This document shows, piece by piece, positions 24,324 through 33,932 of a DNA stretch of 34,864 bases. A model generated the notes under the pieces. That model had not been told where the DNA came from and made no database searches. It saw nothing but the letters and a program-made list of their open reading frames with translations. The stretch is taken from positions 62,001 through 96,864 of the IMG/VR virus record IMGVR_UViG_2663763079_000004. One strand, given 5' to 3'. A program made the position numbers and the translations under genes. The DNA comes from an uncultured virus (IMG/VR IMGVR_UViG_2663763079_000004) (lineage: Duplodnaviria; Heunggongvirae; Uroviricota; Caudoviricetes). How positions within the stretch are numbered: the first letter of the stretch is position 1; each line of letters starts with the position of its first letter.

Positions 24324-25544
24324 ATGTACCAGAAAAAATCGGCTGATGATCAGCCACAAAGTATTGGCGAAATCTCTAATCAGCTCGCCATGGTGATTGA
24401 TCAGGTCAAAAACTTTGGCGAAGACGTGAAGAAAAAAATGGAGGCAGGAGAAACCGTTTCGCTGGAACTGAAACAACGAACGGACGAAAGCCTTAATCAG
24501 ATGAACGAGCTGAAAGAACGTCTCACTGAGCTGGAGCAAAAAGGTGCACGCCGCCCGAACGATGCACCTGCACAGCGAAAATCGCTCGGTGAGCTGGTGG
24601 TCGAAAGTGAAGAGTTCAAAGGTATGGACAGTTCGGCCCGTAAGAGCATCCGCGTCAAACTGGAACAGAAAGATATTATGAACGTGCCGGCCACTACGGG
24701 CACAGGCGCGAGCCCAACCAACAGCCTGGTGGTCTCCGATCGTGTTCAGGGCATTATCGCCCCGCCGGAACGTACTCTGACCATCCGTAATCTGCTTATC
24801 CCCGGCACTACCGCATCTAACGGTATTGAATTCGTTCAGGAAACGGGGTTTACCAATAATGCTGCAGCTGTGGCGGAAGGTGCCCTGAAACCAAAATCTG
24901 ACATTCGGTTTGATCTGAAAAGTGCGCCGGTTCGTACTATAGCGCATTACTTTAAAGCGTCCCGTCAGATCCTGGACGATGCGCCCGGTCTGGCCAGCTA
25001 TATCAATGGCCGCGCTCAGTATGGTCTTCGTTTCAAAGAAGAGCAGCAACTGCTGAGCGGCGATGGCACCGGCGCGAATATCCTAGGTATTCTGCCGCAG
25101 GCAACAGAATTTGCGCCAGCCCTAACCCTGTCCAATGCCACGCCGATCGACCGTCTTCGCCTGGCTGTTCTTCAGGCCGTTCTTGCGGAATATCCGGCGT
25201 CTGGTTTTGTCCTGAACCCGATTGACTGGGCAGGCATCGAGCTGACCAAAGATAACGAAGGTCGCTATATCATCGCGCAGCCGGTCAATGGTGGTGTTCC
25301 TCGTATCTGGGGTCTCCCTGTTGTGGAAACACAGGCCATGGCGCAGAACAACTTCCTGACTGGTGCCTTCAACATGGCTGCGCAAATCTTCGACCGCATG
25401 GATATCGAAGTGCTGCTCTCCACTGAGAACGAAGATGACTTTATTAAAAACATGGTCACCATTCGTGCGGAAGAGCGTCTGGCGTTAGCGGTTTATCGTC
25501 CGGAAGCATTTGTCACCGGTACTGTAACCGCTTCTGGCGGCTGA
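24324..25544 (+). CDS. Major capsid protein (HK97 fold with delta domain)
   Basis: Coiled-coil N-terminus, VAEG..KP.S, L.GDG.G.N..GI, IWGLPVV, IRAEER. Confidence 0.96.
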   Translation: MYQKKSADDQPQSIGEISNQLAMVIDQVKNFGEDVKKKMEAGETVSLELKQRTDESLNQMNELKERLTELEQKGARRPNDAPAQRKSLGELVVESEEFKGMDSSARKSIRVKLEQKDIMNVPATTGTGASPTNSLVVSDRVQGIIAPPERTLTIRNLLIPGTTASNGIEFVQETGFTNNAAAVAEGALKPKSDIRFDLKSAPVRTIAHYFKASRQILDDAPGLASYINGRAQYGLRFKEEQQLLSGDGTGANILGILPQATEFAPALTLSNATPIDRLRLAVLQAVLAEYPASGFVLNPIDWAGIELTKDNEGRYIIAQPVNGGVPRIWGLPVVETQAMAQNNFLTGAFNMAAQIFDRMDIEVLLSTENEDDFIKNMVTIRAEERLALAVYRPEAFVTGTVTASGG

Positions 25545-25586
25545 CAATTCAGGGCCGCTTAGCGGCCCTCTCTTTCTGAGGAGATA

Positions 25587-25844
25587 GTGATGGCCAGAAA
25601 AAATGTGTCTGAACCGTCTGTACCCGACGGCGTAAATGCGGCGCCAGAACTCACAGAGTCCGGGACTATTCAGGTTCAGCCTGTCCGGCGTTTTATGGAT
25701 GGCGACATTTTCAGGACGCCAGCTGATGATCCGTTTCATGTCTCTCGCTTACGTGCTGCCGAGCTCAAAGGTAACGGGCTGGTGACCATAGTAGGTGAAG
25801 TCCCTGATAACAAAATGAACCGCGCCCCCGAAACCAAAGGGTAA
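25587..25844 (+). CDS. Hypothetical head-region protein
   Basis: 85-aa ORF with GAGGAG RBS between capsid and connector. Confidence 0.7.
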   Translation: MMARKNVSEPSVPDGVNAAPELTESGTIQVQPVRRFMDGDIFRTPADDPFHVSRLRAAELKGNGLVTIVGEVPDNKMNRAPETKG

Positions 25845-26182
25845 TGGTTATGACGGTAATCAACACTGAAACAGCCATGGAACATCTCAGGCTGGATGAT
25901 GAAATCGATAAAACGATGGTGGAGGGGTATCTTGCCGCTGCGGAGGATGCTGCCATGCAGTTTCTCAACCGACGCTTTTTCGCTGACCAGGCTGCTCTGG
26001 ATAGTGCTGTTGAGAATGAAAGCGCTGGCGATCGTCCTCTTATCATCACGCCCTCCATTCAGAGCGCGGTTCTTCTTATCGTGGGCTGGTTGTATGAAAA
26101 CCGCGGGGATGATCTGAGTCCTGATATTCCAGGACCCGCACGCTGGTTGCTGAATCCCTGGCGAATTCAAATGGGTGTTTAG
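25844..26182 (+). CDS. Head-tail connector (HK97 gp6-like)
   Basis: HLRLD, YLAAA, AVLLIVGWLYENR, LLNPWR. Confidence 0.9.
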   Translation: MVMTVINTETAMEHLRLDDEIDKTMVEGYLAAAEDAAMQFLNRRFFADQAALDSAVENESAGDRPLIITPSIQSAVLLIVGWLYENRGDDLSPDIPGPARWLLNPWRIQMGV

Positions 26183-26191
26183 CCGGAGGGG

Positions 26192-26533
26192 ATGATGAAA
26201 ATTGGACCAATGCGGCATCGGATCACCATCCGTAATTTTATTACTACACGAACACCGAGTGGTCAGCCAACAGAAGAGTGGTCTGACGGCGCCACTATCT
26301 GGGCAGAGGTTAAGGGAATCAGTGGGCGAGAGAGCCTGACAGCAGGAGCAGAAAGGGCGGATGCTACCGTTCGTGTCTGGGTTCGATATCGAAAAGATAT
26401 TTCGGCATCATCGCGGCTTCTTGTCCTGAACGGCCCCTACAAAGGAGTAACATTGAATGTCACCGGGCCTCCGGTGCCAGATAGCAAAGGTACCCGGCTG
26501 GAGATTCTTTGCAAACAGGGGACCGAAAAATGA
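26192..26533 (+). CDS. Head closure protein / head-tail adaptor
   Basis: G.MRHRITI, WAEVKGISGRE, VRYR.DI. Confidence 0.9.
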   Translation: MMKIGPMRHRITIRNFITTRTPSGQPTEEWSDGATIWAEVKGISGRESLTAGAERADATVRVWVRYRKDISASSRLLVLNGPYKGVTLNVTGPPVPDSKGTRLEILCKQGTEK

Positions 26534-26979
26534 TTGATGTGAATCTGGATTTTTCCGGGCTGCAGGATATTGCCCGCGATCTGCAAACGCTCAGCAAGGC
26601 CGAAAATAATAAAGTTCTCCGGGAGTCGACCCGCGCTGGTGCCGAATTGCTCCGCCAGGAGGTTATGGATCGCGCTCCTGAGAAATCTGGAAAACTGAAG
26701 AAAAACGTTGTTGTCGTCACCCAGAAAAGTCGCCGTCGCGGTGAAATTTCATCGGGGGTGCATATTCGTGGCGTTAACCCGCGAACGGGGAACAGTGACA
26801 ATACAATGAAGGCCAGCAACAAGCGGAATGCGTTTTACTGGCGCTTCGTGGAGCTGGGAACATCTACGGCGCCAGCACATCCGTTTGTTCGTCCTGCCTT
26901 TGATACCCGCATGGAAGAGGCTGCGCAGGTGGCGATGCAGCGGATGAATCAGGCTATCGATGAGGTGCTGGCTAAATGA
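26530..26979 (+). CDS. HK97 gp10-family morphogenesis protein
   Basis: AP.KSGKLKKN, FYWRFVELGT...PAHPFVRPAFD. Confidence 0.9.
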   Translation: MIDVNLDFSGLQDIARDLQTLSKAENNKVLRESTRAGAELLRQEVMDRAPEKSGKLKKNVVVVTQKSRRRGEISSGVHIRGVNPRTGNSDNTMKASNKRNAFYWRFVELGTSTAPAHPFVRPAFDTRMEEAAQVAMQRMNQAIDEVLAK

Positions 26980-27323
26980 CAGAAGATGATCTCTATGGCC
27001 TGCTGTCGCCGCTGGCAGACGGGCGGGTTTATCCGTATGTAGTGCCGCTAGGCAGCGACGGACTTCCTGCAGTTTCCACCCCCTATGTCATTTTCTCGAT
27101 ACCGACTGATGTTGCCGGGGATGTTTTCTGCGGCCAGGCAGAGTCGACACTGCGCATTCAGGTTGATATATGGGCTGAAACGAATGACGAAGCCAGAGCG
27201 TTACGCCTGGACGCCCTGGCTCGCCTGCAGGTTCTTTCACCTGTTGAGGTGACAAAAATTCCTGGCTACGACACGACAACCCATCTTCATCGGGCAACTC
27301 TCGAAATAACGGTTATTGCCTGA
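26976..27323 (+). CDS. Tail terminator/completion protein (DUF3168-like)
   Basis: GRVYP, PYVIF, IQVDIWA; position before the tail tube gene. Confidence 0.82.
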   Translation: MTEDDLYGLLSPLADGRVYPYVVPLGSDGLPAVSTPYVIFSIPTDVAGDVFCGQAESTLRIQVDIWAETNDEARALRLDALARLQVLSPVEVTKIPGYDTTTHLHRATLEITVIA

Positions 27324-27379
27324 CAAAAACCAATCCAATCCGACCGCCGCTGGCGGTTTTTTCATTTATGGAGGCTGCG

Positions 27380-28084
27380 ATGTCAGCACTATTTGAACGT
27401 GCCCAAAAAACGGTAGTAATGATTACCTCTGTGCCAGTCACTGCGGCAGAGCTGGATACGGCAACCTGGTTAAACCTGAGTTGCACTATCAAACAGGCCA
27501 GCTTTACCGCTGGTCAGAAAAACGATATTGACGTGACAGTGCTCTGTTCGGATGAAACGGAAAATATCAACGGCCTTCCTGCTCCGTCTGAAATGTCACT
27601 TTCCGGTAACTTCTACCGCAACCCGGCGCAGGATGCACTTCGTGCAGCATACGATAACGACGGGGTTTATGGATTTAAGGTTATTTTCCCGTCTGGTAAT
27701 GGATTCCTGATGCGAGCTGAGGTACGTCAGCACACCTGGGATTCTCAAACCAATGGTGTTGTTGCTGCAACGTTCTCGCTGCGTCTGAAAGGTAAACCCA
27801 CCAATATTAACGCCCCAGGAGTTCTGTCGTTTGCTACTGACCTTCCGGCGTCCCAAACGGTCGCGGCAGGAAGCGCCCTGACTATGGGCGTGGTCGTCCA
27901 GGGCGGTACGGCACCTTATACCTACGCCTGGAAAAAGGGCACCTCGACGGTCAGCGGCCAGACCAGCGCAACGTTTACGAAAGCCAGCGCTGTATCCGGT
28001 GATGCCGGGGTTTATTCCTGCGTGGTTACTGATGCCGATGGCACTGTGATCACTTCTTCTGATTGCACCGTCACCATCAATTAA
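27380..28084 (+). CDS. Major tail tube protein with C-terminal Ig-like domain
   Basis: IDVT.LCS.E.E.INGL tube motif; GGTAPYTYAWKK..DAGVYSCVVTD Ig-like tail. Confidence 0.9.
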   Translation: MSALFERAQKTVVMITSVPVTAAELDTATWLNLSCTIKQASFTAGQKNDIDVTVLCSDETENINGLPAPSEMSLSGNFYRNPAQDALRAAYDNDGVYGFKVIFPSGNGFLMRAEVRQHTWDSQTNGVVAATFSLRLKGKPTNINAPGVLSFATDLPASQTVAAGSALTMGVVVQGGTAPYTYAWKKGTSTVSGQTSATFTKASAVSGDAGVYSCVVTDADGTVITSSDCTVTIN

Positions 28085-28114
28085 CGGAGCGCCGGGAGAC
28101 CGGCGATAAACTTA

Positions 28115-28519
28115 ATGTCAAAACCGAGTCTTAAAGCACTGGCACTTGCCCCGATGGCAGGCTTTCGTAAAAAAGAAGTCTCCGTTCCGGAGTGGGATAA
28201 CGCCAAAGTCATCATTCGTGAGCCATCAGCAGAAGCCTGGATTCGCTGGCAGGGGATTGCCAGCCCGGAACCACCAAAACCACCGGAAGGGCAAGAAGCA
28301 CCAGAGGTACCTGAACTCACTCCCGCAGAACGAGCCTTTCGCACGATGCGGGCCGACGTCACGCTTTTCATCGATATTTTGCTGGATACCGACCTGCAGC
28401 CCGTCTTTACTGTCGATGACACCGAACAGGTCGAAGCGATCTATGGCCCTGTGCATTCCCGGCTGTTGAAGCAGGCACTTGATCTCATTCGTGACGCGGA
28501 TGATGCTAAAGCAAAGTAA
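28115..28519 (+). CDS. Tail assembly chaperone (gpG-like)
   Basis: Position after tail tube; V.VPEW..AKVIIREPS; ends GCAAAGTAA. Confidence 0.85.
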   Translation: MSKPSLKALALAPMAGFRKKEVSVPEWDNAKVIIREPSAEAWIRWQGIASPEPPKPPEGQEAPEVPELTPAERAFRTMRADVTLFIDILLDTDLQPVFTVDDTEQVEAIYGPVHSRLLKQALDLIRDADDAKAK

Positions 28520-28521
28520 AA

Positions 28522-28827
28522 ATGCCTGGCATGCAGTTCCTGATGGCGCTGGCGCTCCGGATGGGCCGCACGCTGGGCGAACTGCGACAAACCATGACGG
28601 TCGGCGAATTCAGGATGTGGGCTGAATACGACCGTATCAGCCCAATCGGCGATATTCGCGGCGATATTCTCAATGCTCAGCTGGTATCTGCGGTTTACGG
28701 AGCGCAGGGCGGTAAAGTCACCATTGAAGATGCTCAGCTTCAGTGGAGCGCAGAAGAGGTTGAAGTAAACGACGGCGGCGATCCCTTTGCAGGGCTGGAA
28801 GCGGCGCTGCTGGCTGCGTCAGCATAG
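28522..28827 (+). CDS. Tail assembly chaperone C-terminal part (gpT-like, -1 frame)
   Basis: FLM.LALRMGRTL.EL, W.EYDR.SPIGD.RGD; in the -1 frame relative to G. Confidence 0.82.
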   Translation: MPGMQFLMALALRMGRTLGELRQTMTVGEFRMWAEYDRISPIGDIRGDILNAQLVSAVYGAQGGKVTIEDAQLQWSAEEVEVNDGGDPFAGLEAALLAASA

Positions 28828-28900
28828 CCAGTAATAATTCGTGTGAATGCCACTCATAACAGGTGTTATGTTGTTTTTTTTGACACACGGAGTGCTTTAA

Positions 28901-29134
28901 ATGACTACTACTGGCTGGATATTATTATTTGTTTTTGCTCGCCTTATTGATCTTGTTATCTGGTATTTCCTGAACAGAGGAAGCGTAAGAGCTAATGATC
29001 AGATCGCTATGCTTAAAGAAATCTCTGAAAAGCAAAGTGCTCAAATTGATCTTCTGATTGCACTTGCTCATAAAAAAGAGGAACCAGAAAAAGATTATCT
29101 GGAAGAAGCAAGGAAAAAAGCTGGTTTAATTTAA
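28901..29134 (+). CDS. YebO-family / HK97 gp15-like superinfection-exclusion moron
   Basis: TM then WYFLNRGSVRANDQIAMLKEI (YebO-like); AT-rich, between chaperone and tape measure as for HK97 gene 15; extended -10 TGTTATGTT (28864-28872). Confidence 0.8.
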   Translation: MTTTGWILLFVFARLIDLVIWYFLNRGSVRANDQIAMLKEISEKQSAQIDLLIALAHKKEEPEKDYLEEARKKAGLI

Positions 29135-29150
29135 TAATATTGAAATCATA

Positions 29151-29177
29151 AAAAAGCCCCACAATGTGGGGTTTTTT
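29151..29177 (+). terminator. Terminator of the gp15-like moron
   Basis: AAAAAGCCCCAC-AAT-GTGGGGTTTTTT. Confidence 0.85.
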
Positions 29178-29194
29178 GTTTCTGAGGAAATGAA

Positions 29195-32100
29195 ATGGCA
29201 ACCCTGCGTGAACTTATCATTAAAGTTTCTGCTAACTCTCAGTCATTTCAGACCGAGATAGCCCGCGCGTCACGTATGGGGGCTGATTATTATAAAACAA
29301 TGCAGAATGGCGGCAGGCAGGCCGCGGCTTCAGTTCGGGAAACTCGCCGTTCTGTTGCTGAGCTTACTGACCAGATGGAGTCAGCAAAGGCTACCGCACT
29401 GGGATTAACCGGGGCATTTGCTGGTGCTTTTGCTACGGGGCATTTGATATCCCTGGCTGATGAATGGAATTCAGTAAACACCCGCCTAAAACAGGCATCT
29501 CAATCAACTGATGATTTTACCAGCTCTCAAAAACAGCTGATGGATATCAGCCAGAAAACGGGCACATCTTTTTCTGACAACGCTAATTTATTTTCCCGTT
29601 CAGCAGCCTCAATGCGGGAATATGGTTACAGCTCCAGCCAGGTGCTGGATATTACTGAGGCTATTTCTACTGGTTTAAAACTTTCTGGCGCGAATGCTCA
29701 GGAGTCCAGTTCGGTCATCACTCAGTTTAGCCAGGCTCTGGCGCAGGGCGTGCTGAGAGGCGAAGAATTCAATGCCGTCAACGAGAGCGGCGACAGGGTT
29801 ATACGGGCGCTTGCGGCAGGGATGGGGGTTGCGCGTAAAGACCTTAAATCTATGGCGGATCAGGGGCAGTTAACCATTGATAAAGTAGTGCCAGCCCTCA
29901 TCAGCCAGCTTGGTAAGCTACGGAATGAATATGGTGAATTGCCGCAGACTGTTTCATCGTCGGCAACAAAAGTTGAAAACGCTTTTATGCAATGGGTCGG
30001 TGGAGCTAATGAAGCGAGTGGCGCGACAAATACCCTGACCGGATTACTTGATGGCGTAGCCAACAATATTGATCAGGTCGCAACTGCTGCCGGAGCGCTT
30101 GTTGCCGTTGGTGCTGCCCGATATTTGGGAAATATGGCTCTTGGTGCCAGCTCTGCAACGGCTGGGATTATTAACGCCGCAAAAAGTGAAGTAGCTTTAG
30201 CTGAAGCCCAGGTCAGAGGGACGCAGGTTTCGACAGCTCGTGCGCGTGCTGCAGTTTATCGTGCCCAGCAGGCACTGGCAGCGGCGCGGGGTACAGACGC
30301 GCAGGCCGCCGCAGAAAAACGGCTCTCACTGGCGCAGGAGTCACTTAACCGTAATATTCAGGCCAGAGTATCCGCTCAGACTGCACTGAACTCGGTTACT
30401 GCTGTAGGTTCCCGGCTCATGGGGGGAGCATTAGGCCTCGTTGGCGGTATTCCTGGGCTGGTTTTGCTTGGTGCCGGTGCCTGGTACACGATGTACCAGA
30501 ATCAGGAGCAGGCCAGATTATCCGCTCAGGAATATGCAAACACCATTGATGCTGTCCGTGAAAAGACAAAATCAATGTCCCTGCCCGAAGTTTCTGATAA
30601 TGAGACCAAAACCCGTCAGGCGCTGGAGGAGCAAAACCGTCTTGTTGATGCCCAGGCATCTAAAGTAAAAAGCCTGAAGGAAGAGATCGCGGGCTATCAG
30701 TATGTCCTGTCTAACCCCGGCCCGACAACCAGCGGTGGTTTCATGATAAACCACCTGACTTCGGTCGAAACGGTCACCCGTGGTCTGGAAGAAGCGACTT
30801 CCGCTCTGGCCGTTGAACAGGAGAGGTTAGCTCAGATGCAGGCTAAGTCTGAGTCGATCCAGTCGGTACTGGAAGGGATAGAGAACAGGCGAATAGCATT
30901 AATCCGGCAGCAGGCTGCAGAACAGAATTCAGCATATCAATCGTTATTAATGATGAACGGTGAGCATACTGAATTTAACCGTTTGCTGGGTCTCGGAAAT
31001 AATCTTCTCATGGCCCGACAGGGGCTGGTAAACGCACCAGTACGCTTACCACAGGTAGACCTGACAACCCAGCAAACGGCTGCACTTGAAAAAAGCCGTC
31101 GTGATCTGGCGCTTTCAAAACTCAAAGGTGAGGACAAAGAGCGCGCACGACTGGGTTATGCTGCGGATGACCTGGGGTTAACTAACGACCCACAGTTTCA
31201 GACCGGACGGCAGGAGTTGATTAATAACGGCCTGAATGAATGGAGAAACAACCAGGAAAATAAACCCAAGCCAAAAGGAAGGCATGGGAAAACCGAGGCG
31301 GAGAAAACCGAAGATACCTATACCCGGCTGATTAAACAGCAACGGGAGCAAATTGCTCTTTCCAGCCAAAACACTGAGCTGGCAAAGATGAAATATCAGG
31401 TTACTCAGGGGGAATTATCTTCGCTTGAAAAATCCAAAAAGGAAACGTTGCTGCACAATGCGGCGCTTATTGATCAGAAAAATATCGCTGAACAGTTAAA
31501 AACATTCCGCGAAGGTCTGGCCGACAGCAATACTGCCGCCCGGGAAAGGGGGAATATCGATTTCCTCGGCGCGGGACAGGGGGATAAAGCCCGTGACCGA
31601 ATGAAGGAAATGGCGGATATTCGCGCTGATTTTCTCAGGCAGCAGCTGGATTTACAACGTGATTTCAGTCGTGGGCAGATTTCCGAAGACCTGTATAAAA
31701 AGCAAACGGAAGCGCTTAAAACAGCGCTTGCCGAACGCCTGGATATTCAGGAGGAGTATTACAAAAAAACCGATGAACAGCAGTCAGACTGGCGGGCAGG
31801 GATCAGCGATTCCCTGATGAACTATGCCGATCAGGCTTCTGATCTGAGTTCAATGGCTGCTACTGCAACCAGCGAAATTCTGGATGCCACCACTAACTCT
31901 ATCTCGAACAACCTGACCAGCGTCCTGACGGGCGCCACTTCGTTTAAAGATGGTATGTCGAATATCTTCAGCTCTCTGGGTGAAACGGTGATTAAGACGC
32001 TGATCCAGATGGCAACACAGGCGTTGATCACCAAAGCGATTATGGCGTCATTTGGCGGCGGAGCGGGTGGGTTGTTCGGTAGTCTTTTTGGCGGTGCCAG

Positions 32101-32581
32101 CGGTGCGGCAAGTAGTGGTACCGCTATTCAAAGCGCGGGAGCTAATTTTTCATTCAACGCTCTCGGAGGCGTTTACGATTCTCCGTCACTTTCTGCCTAC
32201 AGCAATGGTGTTTACAGCACTCCCCAATATTTTGCGTTTGCGAAAGGGGCGGGTGTATTCGGCGAGGCCGGGCCGGAAGCCATCATGCCGCTTACCCGTG
32301 GCGCTGATGGTTCGCTGGGGGTCAAAGCTGTTGGGCGGGAATCGCCGGCGGTACAGAACGCTGCTAACCAGATCCAGGCACAGCCACGAATTGCTGTCAG
32401 CGTAGATGCCAGAAGTACGTTCACCGGTAAACCGGATGACATAACGATGCAGGCAATTGAGCGAAGGAATGACGCTCTGGAACAGCGGATAGTTAACACC
32501 TTAACCGCCGAAGTAAATAACCCCCAGAAGAAATTCGGTCGGGCTATTTATTCAAATCTCCAATCTAAAAAACCAAGATAG
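29195..32581 (+). CDS. Tail tape measure protein
   Basis: 1128 aa Ala-rich helical; Q.SQALA.GVLRGEEFNAV tape-measure motif; GEAGPEAIMPL near the C-terminus. Confidence 0.96.
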   Translation: MATLRELIIKVSANSQSFQTEIARASRMGADYYKTMQNGGRQAAASVRETRRSVAELTDQMESAKATALGLTGAFAGAFATGHLISLADEWNSVNTRLKQASQSTDDFTSSQKQLMDISQKTGTSFSDNANLFSRSAASMREYGYSSSQVLDITEAISTGLKLSGANAQESSSVITQFSQALAQGVLRGEEFNAVNESGDRVIRALAAGMGVARKDLKSMADQGQLTIDKVVPALISQLGKLRNEYGELPQTVSSSATKVENAFMQWVGGANEASGATNTLTGLLDGVANNIDQVATAAGALVAVGAARYLGNMALGASSATAGIINAAKSEVALAEAQVRGTQVSTARARAAVYRAQQALAAARGTDAQAAAEKRLSLAQESLNRNIQARVSAQTALNSVTAVGSRLMGGALGLVGGIPGLVLLGAGAWYTMYQNQEQARLSAQEYANTIDAVREKTKSMSLPEVSDNETKTRQALEEQNRLVDAQASKVKSLKEEIAGYQYVLSNPGPTTSGGFMINHLTSVETVTRGLEEATSALAVEQERLAQMQAKSESIQSVLEGIENRRIALIRQQAAEQNSAYQSLLMMNGEHTEFNRLLGLGNNLLMARQGLVNAPVRLPQVDLTTQQTAALEKSRRDLALSKLKGEDKERARLGYAADDLGLTNDPQFQTGRQELINNGLNEWRNNQENKPKPKGRHGKTEAEKTEDTYTRLIKQQREQIALSSQNTELAKMKYQVTQGELSSLEKSKKETLLHNAALIDQKNIAEQLKTFREGLADSNTAARERGNIDFLGAGQGDKARDRMKEMADIRADFLRQQLDLQRDFSRGQISEDLYKKQTEALKTALAERLDIQEEYYKKTDEQQSDWRAGISDSLMNYADQASDLSSMAATATSEILDATTNSISNNLTSVLTGATSFKDGMSNIFSSLGETVIKTLIQMATQALITKAIMASFGGGAGGLFGSLFGGASGAASSGTAIQSAGANFSFNALGGVYDSPSLSAYSNGVYSTPQYFAFAKGAGVFGEAGPEAIMPLTRGADGSLGVKAVGRESPAVQNAANQIQAQPRIAVSVDARSTFTGKPDDITMQAIERRNDALEQRIVNTLTAEVNNPQKKFGRAIYSNLQSKKPR

Positions 32582-32602
32582 ACCTGCCCGGAGGGAATAT
32601 TC

Positions 32603-33076
32603 ATGGCAGATATTTTCTACCCGGATGAATACCTGCCCATGCCGCTTATGGACGGGTACGGGTTTAAGCCCATATCACCTTTACTGCGAACGGAGATGAC
32701 GTCCGGTCGTGCTCAACAACGAAGGCGATATACCTCAACACCCACCCAGGCATCAGTTAAATGGATTTTTAAAACTGATGCTCTGGCGCAGGTATTTGAG
32801 GCGTTTTTCAGGGATGCGCTTAAAGATGGCCAGTCCTGGTTCTATCTGAAACTCCAGACTCCAGTCGGAGTAAAGCCCTATAAAGCCAGGTTCGTGGATA
32901 TTTACGAAGGGCCGACGCTGGTCGCGCCAAAATACTGGCAGTACAGCGCAACGCTGGAATTATGGGAGCGCCCGTTACCGCCTTCAGGCTGGGGAAATTA
33001 TCCGGAATGGCTGGCGGGCCAGTCGTTACTGGATATTGCGCTAAACAGAGAGTGGCCGAAGCATGACAATTCTTGA
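32603..33076 (+). CDS. Distal tail protein (gpM-like)
   Basis: RTEMTSGRAQQRR, L.DG..WF; directly after the tape measure. Confidence 0.8.
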   Translation: MADIFYPDEYLPMPLMDGYGFKPISPLLRTEMTSGRAQQRRRYTSTPTQASVKWIFKTDALAQVFEAFFRDALKDGQSWFYLKLQTPVGVKPYKARFVDIYEGPTLVAPKYWQYSATLELWERPLPPSGWGNYPEWLAGQSLLDIALNREWPKHDNS

Positions 33077-33539
33077 GCGACTATATGCCAGCAGCGGATC
33101 GGAGGTTATTCACGATACGCTGCAGATATCAACAGGCGATGATAACTACTGGCTAACCAGTGGCTGGGATGACGTTTCAGTGACGCTGGAAAATGGTCAG
33201 CCGGTGACGTTTGAGGCCAGCGCGATAGATATCGCCTTACCAGCCAGGAACGCCGACGGGACACAGGATTTAAAGTTTGCTATCAGCAATATTGACGGAC
33301 GGGTTTCAGAGGCGATCGATAAAATTCTGGATGAAATGAAATCAGCCACGCTGACATTCCGGCGGTACATTTCATCCGATCTGTCTGCTCCGGCATCATC
33401 ACCGTATACGCTCGATATCAAATCCGGCTCCTGGACCCCGACAGCAGTTCAGGTCACGGCAGGCTATATGAATGTCCTCAAAACAGCCTGGCCCCGTAAA
33501 CGTTACAACCTCGCCGAGCATCCGGGCTTACGTTACTAA
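33063..33539 (+). CDS. Minor tail protein (DUF1833 / gpL position)
   Basis: L.RLYASSG, IALP.RN.DG.QDL.FAISN, WPR.RY....HPGL. Confidence 0.8.
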   Translation: MTILERLYASSGSEVIHDTLQISTGDDNYWLTSGWDDVSVTLENGQPVTFEASAIDIALPARNADGTQDLKFAISNIDGRVSEAIDKILDEMKSATLTFRRYISSDLSAPASSPYTLDIKSGSWTPTAVQVTAGYMNVLKTAWPRKRYNLAEHPGLRY

Positions 33540-33551
33540 TCTGAGGCAAAT

Positions 33552-33932
33552 ATGTTCAACCCTGATAAATACCGTTCTGTTAAATGGCAGAAGGGCGGGC
33601 GCGTATACCCGCAGCTCGACTGTTTCGGCATTGTGAACGAGATACGCCGCGATCTGAATTTACCCGTCTGGCCCGATTTTGCCGGGGTAACCAAAGACGA
33701 CGGTGGACTCGACCGGGAAGCGAGAAAGCTGATGCTTTCGCTGAAACGTTGTGAACCCTGTGAAGGTGCCGGAGTGGCCTGCTATTCGGGCTCAACAGTT
33801 TCCCATGTCGGGATCGTTGTGATGCTCGATAACCAGCTGCAGGTCGCGGAATGCAATCCAGGCTCGGGGGTTACGTTTCTGCCACTGTCGCGATTTATCC
33901 GTCGCTTTAACCGCGTGGAGTTCTGGCAATGA
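33552..33932 (+). CDS. NlpC/P60-like tail tip assembly protein (gpK position)
   Basis: W..GGR..P.LDCFG and HVGIV motifs. Confidence 0.85.
   Translation: MFNPDKYRSVKWQKGGRVYPQLDCFGIVNEIRRDLNLPVWPDFAGVTKDDGGLDREARKLMLSLKRCEPCEGAGVACYSGSTVSHVGIVVMLDNQLQVAECNPGSGVTFLPLSRFIRRFNRVEFWQ

Noticed and set aside
21172..25049. Long antisense ORFs such as 21172..21843 and 24126..25049
   Set aside because: Lie opposite terminase, protease and capsid genes; typical reverse-frame shadows with no motifs.
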